Shown: positions 1 to 5,968 of the stretch, one piece after another
Numbering within the stretch: the stretch's first letter is position 1
Layout: each line of letters starts with the position of its first letter
Source: a virus
Lineage: Duplodnaviria; Heunggongvirae; Uroviricota; Caudoviricetes
IMG/VR virus record: IMGVR_UViG_2639762982_000003
Length of the DNA stretch: 7,334 nt
Reading direction: 5' to 3' (one strand)
Position numbers and translations under genes: made by a program
Notes under the pieces: generated by a model
Database searches by the model: none
What the model was told of the DNA's origin: nothing
Seen by the model: only the letters and a program-made list of their open reading frames with translations

Positions 1-175
1 TGGCGGGGTTTTCGGAGGTCCTGACATAATCGGTCTTACCTATCAATCGTTTGTTCACATTTCCAAAAAAAAGTTTTCGAACCTGCGGCGATGTGAGGAA
101 GGGTCAGGCGGCGGTACTGAGCAGCCAGGGCGGCAGAGATTTGCCCCGCCCCTCCCCTACAGATGAGAACTGTTA

Positions 176-526
176 TCAATTGATGCGTTCGCGCGCTGTT
201 TTTGCTTTATGGCAGGGCCAGCACAGACTCTGCAGGTTACTGTCTGCATCCGTGCCACCATGAGCTTTCGGAATGATGTGGTCCACAGTTCTGGCTTCAA
301 CAGCTCTCCCATTGCGCAGGCAGTTCTGACACAGATGATTATCACGCTTCAGTATGCGCGCACGTATGGCATCCCATTTCGAGCCATAGCCACGCTGGTG
401 GCGGCTCAGTCCGCGCTGGTGCTGCACCCAGCCTTCACCCCAATGTTTATCGCAGTAGCCCGAACTGTCTGTTGTTGTGCCTGCGCAGCCTCGCTTACGA
501 CATGCGCGGGGGATTCGTGATGGCAT
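176..526 (-). CDS. HNH endonuclease, phage terminase-associated (HK97 gp74-like)
   Basis: 116-aa ORF from the track with ATG at 524-526 and TGA at 176-178. Contains C-x2-C pairs (HLCQNC) and a D-H...N...C-W-P-C-H motif (DHIIPKAHGG...SNLQSLCWPCH) typical of zinc-binding HNH nucleases. It is the last gene of the minus-strand late operon, where lambdoid/HK97-like phages carry an HNH next to cos and terminase. Confidence 0.8.
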   Translation of the reverse strand: MPSRIPRACRKRGCAGTTTDSSGYCDKHWGEGWVQHQRGLSRHQRGYGSKWDAIRARILKRDNHLCQNCLRNGRAVEARTVDHIIPKAHGGTDADSNLQSLCWPCHKAKTARERIN

Positions 527-947
527 GGAACTTCGTTCTCCAGCGATTAAAACGTTTCTCTCTCGGGGATAACATGTATTGCATTCAGTCCCGCCGCCAC
601 AGCGTGCTGATTATGTTCATTGACAAGCTGCATTGTTTCATCAAGCAATTCACGACAGCGATTTGCATTCGTTTCGATGCTCAGCACCAGTGAATGACCC
701 CCACACAACCGCCCATCCAATAAAAATGGAGAGTCAGCAGAAACAATTTCCGATTTTATGGGGTCAGTTCAACGGAAGGGCTGCTGTAATGCTGTGGACA
801 ATACTCCTTTTGTCGCTTACTGGTTGAATATCCTGGTTTTTATGCGCTTTATCCATTGTTAAAATACAACCTCAGCCCTCCAGTGTTCGGACACTGTGTG
901 AACAATGAATAAGAGCCTTGGCTGACGGCTCCGCAAAAGGAATGACA

Positions 948-1157
948 ATGACAAGCTTTAATATAAATTTAAATGTAACAACAAAGGTTGAAACCATTTC
1001 TGACGTAGCTTTAGAAATTTCCCGTTTAAAAGTTACGATTGGAATATTATTGGCTAAACTACCTCCAGAACAGCGTGATTCATTCATTGCAGATCTAAAA
1101 GGCCTCGGGCTTAATGAAGAGGCCAGCTTATATAGTAATTTCAACCCAAAGATATAA
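948..1157 (+). CDS. hypothetical small protein, AT-rich moron-like gene opposite to the late operon (bor-like position)
   Basis: Plus-strand ORF (track 918..1157 starts at TTG). ATG at 948 is preceded by AAGGA at 937-941; alternative ATG at 942. Stop TAA at 1155-1157 is followed 25 nt later by a strong intrinsic terminator. AT-rich relative to neighbours. No recognisable family from sequence alone. Confidence 0.5.
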   Translation: MTSFNINLNVTTKVETISDVALEISRLKVTIGILLAKLPPEQRDSFIADLKGLGLNEEASLYSNFNPKI

Positions 1158-1181
1158 TCTGAATCCATCGTTTACAGGAGC

Positions 1182-1210
1182 GGGGAGGGAGCACCTCCCC
1201 CCTTTTCTTT
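1182..1210 (+). terminator. rho-independent terminator of the plus-strand small gene
   Basis: 7-bp stem GGGGAGG (1182-1188) / CCTCCCC (1194-1200) with a 5-nt loop, followed by CC TTTTCTTTATTT. The opposite strand has no T-run, so it is unidirectional. Confidence 0.6.
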
Positions 1211-1395
1211 ATTTGGTGTATGTAATATTTCCTTTTAAGTAAAACGCTCCCGTATTATCAAATGCGCCCTCAGGTTTTTTATTGAGAATTTTTAATAATT
1301 TTGACTTCATAGCAATATTAAAAATCTTTGGGAAAAGAAACATATTTCCTCCTGAATAAATATGCGAGGATGAATTGAGTTCACTTTATCTAACC

Positions 1396-1575
1396 TCACT
1401 GCATACACTGCCGGATGCCATCAATCAGTTGGCAGGCCTGAGAAGCAGCGTCAAAAAACTGGCGCGCCTTATCCAGGCTAACGCATCCCGCCAATAAAAA
1501 AGGCACCAGTATCGCTACCAGTGCCCATTTCGCCGCCGTTCGCGGCATTCTGTGTGTCCAGTGTTTTCTGCTCAT
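1396..1575 (-). CDS. small lipoprotein, lysis-associated (possible Rz1/o-spanin-like)
   Basis: ATG at 1573-1575, 14 nt after the endolysin stop, with AGGTG upstream. N-terminus MSRKHWTHRMPRTAAKWALVAILVPFLLAGC has a positively charged n-region, a hydrophobic core and lipobox L-A-G-C (signal peptidase II type). Only about 29 residues remain after the Cys. The track ORF 1396..1647 is an N-terminally extended version. Confidence 0.55.
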   Translation of the reverse strand: MSRKHWTHRMPRTAAKWALVAILVPFLLAGCVSLDKARQFFDAASQACQLIDGIRQCMQ

Positions 1576-1589
1576 AACACACCTGGTTA

Positions 1590-1967
1590 TCAGCGTTTCA
1601 ACTGAAAGTGAGGCCCGTCTTTCAGTGTTTTCCAGTCCCCGCCCCATTCGATGGCAGTTCCCAGCTCTGCGGCAGCCTGCTTAAATGCCTGCGCGATTTT
1701 CTCGTACAGAGGCCAGTCCCATGACACCTGGCTGCCAATGTAGGCCACAACATCCACCGCATCACCGGTCAGGTGGCGGCTGTTCATGGTCTGGCTTTTC
1801 CCTTCCGCGACCAGCTGTTTCTGGCGATACTTACTGCGCAGGCCTTCCGTAATACCGAAATCAACCTCCGTCAGTTCCAGCGCACGGCGAACGACAGCAA
1901 CCAGCTGTGGTTTGACGCCCTCCAGATTCTTTTCGCTGCGACGACTAAATCTGAATTTACCCGACAT
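1590..1967 (-). CDS. endolysin, peptidase M15 family (phage T5-type L-alanyl-D-glutamate endopeptidase)
   Basis: Track ORF 1590..1973 begins at GTG; ATG at 1965-1967 has GAGGTGA just upstream. N-terminus MSGKFRFSRRSEKNLEGVKPQLVAVVRRALEL and the SRHLTGDAVDV zinc-binding motif match T5-type M15 endolysins as recalled. No signal peptide. Its start overlaps the stop of the upstream membrane-protein gene. Confidence 0.85.
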   Translation of the reverse strand: MSGKFRFSRRSEKNLEGVKPQLVAVVRRALELTEVDFGITEGLRSKYRQKQLVAEGKSQTMNSRHLTGDAVDVVAYIGSQVSWDWPLYEKIAQAFKQAAAELGTAIEWGGDWKTLKDGPHFQLKR

Positions 1968-1969
1968 AC

Positions 1970-2245
1970 TCACCTCAACAATGGAAAAATTCTTGCGACG
2001 TTCCCGCGTGCGCGTATTACCAGCACGCAGAACAGCAGATTAAAAAACACTTCCAGCCAGCCCGTTGCTAATGGGCGACCACACAGATAGCTGAGGGGCG
2101 CAAAGGCATACAGCAGCATCAGCAGCCAGGCCAGCCATGACATCAGCGGTTTATGTCTGGAATCACGGCGACGATAAAAAAAGAGCGTCAGCACGATAAC
2201 CGTGCATAACGCCACATTCAGCAATCCGGGAAGGTTACTTAACAT
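1970..2245 (-). CDS. holin-like membrane protein (second of two; holin or antiholin)
   Basis: 91-aa product starting at ATG 2243-2245 (internal Met of track ORF 1970..2299) with GGAGGAGG 6 nt upstream. Three hydrophobic segments (LLNVALCTVIVLTLFFY, LMSWLAWLLMLLYAFAPLSYL, WLEVFFNLLFCVLVI) and a basic C-terminus. Stop TGA 1970-1972 overlaps the endolysin GTG 1971-1973. Confidence 0.55.
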   Translation of the reverse strand: MLSNLPGLLNVALCTVIVLTLFFYRRRDSRHKPLMSWLAWLLMLLYAFAPLSYLCGRPLATGWLEVFFNLLFCVLVIRARGNVARIFPLLR

Positions 2246-2627
2246 TGCCGCCTCCTCCACCCCGCAGGCGGGAGAACAGGCCGGACACCAGCGATGCAAT
2301 ATCCTGCTGGTGGATGAACGACAGAATCTTCACCGACACCACTGACACCAGCACTGCACACAATGCGTCGACAGGCGCTCCGTCAAACCCTGTATGCTTT
2401 ACCAGCCAGGATGCCAGAACCTCTGCGCCCAGCACACCGATAATGAACGACACCAGAAAATGCGCCGCCACACGCCAGGCTGAAAGCGCCTGCGGCATCG
2501 TTGCCACAAATAACGCCCCGGCGAACGCACCAAACACAATCCCGAAATCCGTTCCGGTAAACAACCCGTACACCGTCGCCCCGCCGAGCGCCGCAGCCGT
2601 GCCGGAACCGGATAAGGGTTCAGACAT
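2235..2627 (-). CDS. holin-like membrane protein (first lysis gene)
   Basis: 130-aa product starting at ATG 2625-2627 (internal Met of track ORF 2235..2693) with AGGAGA 6 nt upstream. Three predicted TM segments and a charged C-terminus (RLRGGGGGNVK). Overlaps the start of the next gene by 11 nt. The track's 5' extension runs through a terminator hairpin and is rejected. Confidence 0.6.
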   Translation of the reverse strand: MSEPLSGSGTAAALGGATVYGLFTGTDFGIVFGAFAGALFVATMPQALSAWRVAAHFLVSFIIGVLGAEVLASWLVKHTGFDGAPVDALCAVLVSVVSVKILSFIHQQDIASLVSGLFSRLRGGGGGNVK

Positions 2628-2640
2628 ACTTTTTCTCCTG

Positions 2641-2667
2641 TAAATAAAAAAGGGCCACCAGCGGCCC
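2641..2667 (-). terminator. rho-independent terminator immediately upstream of the lysis cassette
   Basis: Hairpin GGGCC (2652-2656) / GGCCC (2663-2667) with a 6-nt loop; on the minus strand it is followed by TTTTTTATTT (complement of 2641-2651). The plus strand has no T-run after the hairpin. Confidence 0.55.
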
Positions 2668-2877
2668 GTAAAAAAACACCCCATCAAAGACACCCGCAGA
2701 TGCCTTTTATGTGGTGTTATCTGATGTGATGTGCGCCTGACGTGGCTCGGAGAAAATGAAATAAAGCTTATCTGAAATTAAGGTTAATCCGGGGATTTAA
2801 ACCATTTTTAAAGCTTAGTAATATCAAATCGTCTCCTGGAGGAGACTGATGCTTATTCTTCTTCACGGACTTTGTCC

Positions 2878-2909
2878 CGCGGCGTTAATCCGACAGCCGC
2901 GCTTTTTTT
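2878..2909 (+). terminator. candidate plus-strand rho-independent terminator (antisense to late transcription)
   Basis: 6-bp all-GC stem CGCGGC (2878-2883) / GCCGCG (2896-2901) with a 12-nt loop, followed by C plus TTTTTTT (2903-2909). Confidence 0.4.
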
Positions 2910-2990
2910 GCGCTCAGTTCATTATTAGCTTTCATGGCCTTGCCACACGGGTAATATCAATGCCCGTGTATTCTTTTCTGAGTTCAGAAT

Positions 2991-3017
2991 AAAAAAAACC
3001 GCCCGATAGAGGCGGTT
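2991..3017 (-). terminator. rho-independent terminator downstream of the tRNA array
   Basis: Stem AACCGCC (2997-3003) / GGCGGTT (3011-3017) with a 7-nt loop. On the minus strand the hairpin is followed by eight Ts (complement of the A-run 2991-2998). Confidence 0.6.
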
Positions 3018-3284
3018 AAGGATGCATTTCCAGGTTTTGCTTAATATATGATTAATCTCAATGTCATGGTGTTATTTACAACACCAGAATGATGCATCAT
3101 CGGCCCCTGCCAGAAACATTGCAAATCTCTACCAATAATGCACCATTCCGGTGACGTAAAAAATGGCACTGGTGCTGCAAGCGATATCACTCCTTACAGT
3201 ACAGGGCGAGGTAAGGAGTCAGGAAAAACGCCCCACATAAAATGTGTCAGTGCCTAACACAACCTAGTATCAATCGTCCTCTGC

Positions 3285-3359
<75 letters not shown>

Positions 3360-3362
3360 ATA

Positions 3363-3438
<76 letters not shown>

Positions 3439-3440
3439 AC

Positions 3441-3517
3441 TGGACCGCCACCGGGGACTCGAACCTCGCACACTCAACTTAAAGGGTTGACGCTCTTTCC
3501 TGATGAGCTAGTGGCGG
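3441..3517 (-). tRNA. tRNA-like gene, anticodon loop CCUUUAA (UUU, Lys, in canonical register); non-canonical, possibly a pseudo-tRNA
   Basis: 77-nt cloverleaf: acceptor CCGCCAC/GTGGCGG, U8 A9, D-stem GCTC/GAGC, perfect 5-bp anticodon stem TCAAC/GTTGA, T-loop TTCGAGT, encoded CCA. Position 33 is C rather than the near-universal U, and the T-stem has an A-C mismatch. Confidence 0.5.
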
Positions 3518-3518
3518 C

Positions 3519-3594
3519 TGGTGGCCCTTGCTGGATTTGAACCAGCGACCTGGCGATTATGAGTCGCTCGCTCTCACCACTGAGCTAAAGGGCC
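3519..3594 (-). tRNA. tRNA with anticodon CAU, ileX/ileZ-like (tRNA-Ile2 read as AUA after lysidine modification, or elongator Met)
   Basis: 76-nt cloverleaf: acceptor GGCCCTT/AAGGGCC, D-stem GCTC/GAGC, anticodon loop CUCAUAA (CAU), T-stem GCTGG/CCAGC, T-loop TTCAAAT, discriminator A, encoded CCA. Closely resembles E. coli ileX as recalled. Separated from the next tRNA by 1 nt. Confidence 0.75.
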
Positions 3595-3603
3595 GGGCGC
3601 AGG

Positions 3604-3632
3604 ATAATAACGTTACGAAATCAATGTTGCAA
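3604..3632 (-). promoter_or_regulatory. candidate sigma70 promoter driving the tRNA array
   Basis: Minus-strand -35 TTGCAA (3632..3627), 17-nt spacer, -10 TATTAT (3609..3604). The predicted start falls 2-3 nt upstream of the first tRNA 5' end at 3594. Confidence 0.45.
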
Positions 3633-3699
3633 GCATTCAAAAATCACCCTTATCTCCTCCACCAGCGCATTCACCATGTCTATCCGAGATAAGTGGCAC

Positions 3700-3735
3700 A
3701 AAAAACCCGCTTGTGGGCGGGTTTTGTTTGCTTTT
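3700..3735. terminator. bidirectional rho-independent terminator, tR'-like for the minus-strand late transcript
   Basis: Hairpin CCCGC (3706-3710) / GCGGG (3717-3721) with a 6-nt loop, flanked by an A-run on one side (six Ts on the minus strand) and TTTTGTTTGCTTTT on the plus strand. Lies about 50 nt downstream of the predicted PR'-like start. Confidence 0.6.
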
Positions 3736-3776
3736 GCCATCACGTACAAAATCGGCAAAATATCAGATTTGCATGA

Positions 3777-3805
3777 AATATATGCCTTTCAATCTACTTT
3801 TGCAA
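3777..3805 (-). promoter_or_regulatory. candidate late promoter (PR'-like) overlapping the 3' end of the Q gene
   Basis: Minus-strand -35 TTGCAA (3805..3800), 17-nt spacer containing the Q stop codon, -10 TATATT (3782..3777). Predicted start near 3770; a -10-like TGaTATTTT element at about +6 to +14 resembles the sigma70-dependent pause element used for Q loading in lambdoid phages. Confidence 0.45.
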
Positions 3806-4478
3806 CACTTTGCTTTGAAAATGCCGCCTTTTGTTTTGAACGTGTTCTCATTACAAACAATAAAGCCTCACTATCAAGTCGGTGAAAAATGTGTTTCATT
3901 GCAACCCAGTGACGAGTAAATGTTTTGGACCAGTTTTTAGTTGTCACTCCCGCCAGTAATGCCAGCTCCTGGTATTCATAACCTTCCCCACCAAAAAGTT
4001 CTGCTTTTAATGCCTGCGCCGCCAGCCAGATTAATTTTTTCAGGCGTTCCTGCGTTTTCCCTGCAATTTTTCTGGTACCGGATTGAGTATTAAATTCATT
4101 CCACGCCCACTGTGTTATCGCGATCTGATATTCCCAACAAATACTCCCGCTGTAACACCACAACAACCAGGCTTTATGATGTTCTTCAAGAGACAGAACT
4201 GCCCGTCGCCATGATGATGTCGAAAACTCAACCTGACTTACCAGAGCAATTGATGAGCCTTTCGCCAGTGATTGTTTTCCCGGTATCGGTGGACTATCCC
4301 GCGTTATCATTCTTCCAGTCACTTCATCGCGGTACCGGATTTTTTTACGCCTGTAACGCCCTGTATCAAACATGGCATTCTCCTGCCAGGCTTCAAGCTG
4401 ACCTTTTGTTGCCCCACTCAAATCAGCGGTAGCGATAATGAGCTGCTCACGCACAAACTGTAAATACTGGTTATTCAT
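3789..4478 (-). CDS. putative late-gene antiterminator Q (Qin QuuQ/phage 82-like by position)
   Basis: 229-aa product from ATG 4476-4478 (track ORF starts 2 codons earlier at GTG) with GGAG upstream. Its ATG overlaps the rusA stop (ATGA). Sits immediately downstream of rusA and upstream of a PR'/tR'-like module, tRNAs and the lysis cassette, which is the canonical Q position. The family assignment rests on synteny; only two Cys are present. Confidence 0.6.
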   Translation of the reverse strand: MNNQYLQFVREQLIIATADLSGATKGQLEAWQENAMFDTGRYRRKKIRYRDEVTGRMITRDSPPIPGKQSLAKGSSIALVSQVEFSTSSWRRAVLSLEEHHKAWLLWCYSGSICWEYQIAITQWAWNEFNTQSGTRKIAGKTQERLKKLIWLAAQALKAELFGGEGYEYQELALLAGVTTKNWSKTFTRHWVAMKHIFHRLDSEALLFVMRTRSKQKAAFSKQSVAKVD

Positions 4479-4834
4479 GCGCACTCCAGTTCTGTGATTT
4501 TTATCCCCAGCCGACCACCAGGAACAGGCAGTCCGCGCACAATATTGATTTCATCAAACTGCTCGTCGTCTATGAGAAGTCCGGCATGCGTCAGCGCATC
4601 CAGTGGTGCCTTCAGGATATTGTCCAGGTCGCGGCGGCGCTTATCCGGTGGCTCTGCAATAATTTTTATTGCCAGCCTTCCGGACAGGTTTAATTTCAAC
4701 CGCTGCTGGCGAACAATTAGTGCCACATCACGGCGATAACGCTCACCGACTTTTGATACAAAATATGTGTTGCCACGACGTCGCCAGTAAGTATTCACCG
4801 TCGGCGGATAAGGCAAAACAAACTCTATACGCAT
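4475..4834 (-). CDS. rusA: crossover junction endodeoxyribonuclease RusA (Holliday junction resolvase)
   Basis: 119-aa ORF with ATG at 4832-4834 and AGAGG upstream. Protein aligns by eye with E. coli RusA, including the catalytic RRRDLDN motif and a GGRL C-terminal region. Confidence 0.85.
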   Translation of the reverse strand: MRIEFVLPYPPTVNTYWRRRGNTYFVSKVGERYRRDVALIVRQQRLKLNLSGRLAIKIIAEPPDKRRRDLDNILKAPLDALTHAGLLIDDEQFDEINIVRGLPVPGGRLGIKITELECA

Positions 4835-4846
4835 CAGTAACCTCTT

Positions 4847-5968
4847 TTACCCGAGCACGCCGGTTGCAAAGGCGTGATCAAGAAAACGAAAAATTAAATC
4901 AACCTGGGAACCATGCTTTTCTTCGAACGCCAGCGGATCCGCATGAAGTTCGTTGTGATGTTCCCGGCACAACGGTAGCGTGAAAATATCGTGGGCCTTT
5001 GTTCCCATCCCTCCCTGACCGTGACCAATCAGGTGATGGGGATCGTCGGCTGGCTGACCACAACACGCACACGGCTGTGTCTTCACCCAGCGCGTATATT
5101 TCTCATTTACCCAACGGCGACGTTTAGGTCGCCTCATGAAAGATTCCGGAGACTCCGGATCAACGGTGATGCATACCACCGTCTTTTCCTGTGGTGGGTT
5201 CTGTTGCTGGTGGGCATGAGGCAACGGCGCAAGATTTTTTGTGCGCTGCTTCAGTATGCTGGTGGCGGTCTGCTCTCCCGGTACGATGTCGCTTTCGCGG
5301 TACAAGGAGCGGATTTTTTCCGCACGTACCCCCAGAGAACGACGTAATACTGCCTCCGGAAGCGCGTCCGCCACCTGATTGCAGACCGCCCACCAAGATA
5401 ATTCAGCCAGCGACAATTCCCGCTCCTGCGTGCCATTCATTGCATGGCGTATGACGTCAATCATCCATGCTGACAGGTTTTGATGAGCAAGTTGCCCGAG
5501 TGATTCGGATGTCTGGTCACGCAACTGGTTGTCGCAGTGCCAGCACAACACCATCGCGCTGGTACCGTAACGATGTATGACGATTTCACTGTGATGATAG
5601 TCACCATGAGGCCACTGGCAGGATTTGACATGACGCAACAGCCAGTCAGACAGTGCCCCAGCGCCGCCAGCAGCACGAATCACCCGCTCATCGCTGAAAA
5701 ATGGCAGTAATGATTTATCCTCCGCCAGCGGCTGGCGAACGGCAGGGACGACTCCGGACGGCAGACCGCGCATGCTTTTCGGTTCAGGCTCCACCAGCAC
5801 TCGAGGGTTATGAAATACTTGCATGGATTCACGGCCCGGCCTAAGGACCACCAGCCCGAGTTCCGGTACCAGAACAGGTCGAAGTAATATCCGCACGTTA
5901 CCTCCAGATCCGTTGCTGGTATGTGCGGGATGGGTGCGGTGGGCGTTCGGAATAAGGGAGCCTGACAT
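4847..5968 (-). CDS. DUF968 family protein (Qin YdfU-like) with C-terminal HNH-like Cys/His motif; start codon uncertain
   Basis: 373-aa ORF with ATG at 5966-5968 but weak RBS; alternative ATG at 5822-5824 (Met49). C-terminal region QPCACCGQPADDPHHLIGHG...LCREHHNELH is Cys/His rich and resembles a His-Me finger nuclease. Same position relative to hokD and Q as ydfU in K-12 Qin. The first 71 nt overlap the upstream ORF in another frame. Confidence 0.7.
   Translation of the reverse strand: MSGSLIPNAHRTHPAHTSNGSGGNVRILLRPVLVPELGLVVLRPGRESMQVFHNPRVLVEPEPKSMRGLPSGVVPAVRQPLAEDKSLLPFFSDERVIRAAGGAGALSDWLLRHVKSCQWPHGDYHHSEIVIHRYGTSAMVLCWHCDNQLRDQTSESLGQLAHQNLSAWMIDVIRHAMNGTQERELSLAELSWWAVCNQVADALPEAVLRRSLGVRAEKIRSLYRESDIVPGEQTATSILKQRTKNLAPLPHAHQQQNPPQEKTVVCITVDPESPESFMRRPKRRRWVNEKYTRWVKTQPCACCGQPADDPHHLIGHGQGGMGTKAHDIFTLPLCREHHNELHADPLAFEEKHGSQVDLIFRFLDHAFATGVLG

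Noticed and set aside
209-520. Plus-strand 103-aa ORF, together with 51..263 (+) and 157..345 (-)
   Set aside because: All overlap the HNH endonuclease gene (176..526, minus), which has clear catalytic motifs. These frames have no RBS and low-complexity products.
472-827. Plus-strand ORFs 472..693 and 633..827
   Set aside because: No Shine-Dalgarno, no family features, Cys/His-rich junk-like products; the region is better explained as intergenic spacer on the late strand. Weak evidence either way.
872-1168. Minus-strand 98-aa ORF antisense to the small plus-strand gene
   Set aside because: It runs through the plus-strand gene, which has an RBS and its own terminator; the minus frame has no RBS and a low-complexity product.
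1773-2090. Plus-strand ORFs 1773..2090 and 1786..2043
   Set aside because: Antisense to the endolysin and membrane-protein genes, which have strong family and coupling evidence.
2245-2643. Plus-strand 132-aa proline-rich ORF
   Set aside because: Antisense to the first holin-like gene; proline/alanine-rich low-complexity translation typical of the reverse strand of a GC-rich membrane-protein gene.
2628-2693. N-terminal extension of the track ORF 2235..2693 (MSLMGCFFTGRWWPFFIYRRKS)
   Set aside because: The extension spans the terminator hairpin at 2652-2667 and its T-run, while a good RBS precedes the internal ATG at 2627.
2849-2992. 47-codon plus-strand ORF after the GGAGGAG/ATG (MLILLHGLCPAALIRQ...)
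   Set aside because: An intrinsic terminator lies inside the frame and the product looks like random hydrophobic sequence. Kept only as a possible small RNA or leader in the findings.
3676-3919. Plus-strand ORFs 3676..3885 and 3713..3919
   Set aside because: They span the terminator, the PR'-like promoter region and the 3' end of Q; no RBS, and the region is explained by regulatory elements.
4112-4983. Plus-strand ORFs 4112..4432, 4272..4463, 4494..4739 and 4669..4983
   Set aside because: Antisense to the Q and rusA genes, whose identities are supported by motifs, RBS and coupling.
4991-5676. ORFs 4991..5347 (+), 5191..5454 (+), 5160..5396 (-), 5251..5436 (-) and 5461..5676 (-)
   Set aside because: All lie inside the DUF968 gene in other frames or on the other strand; Gly/Arg/Pro-rich products typical of alternative frames of GC-rich coding sequence.
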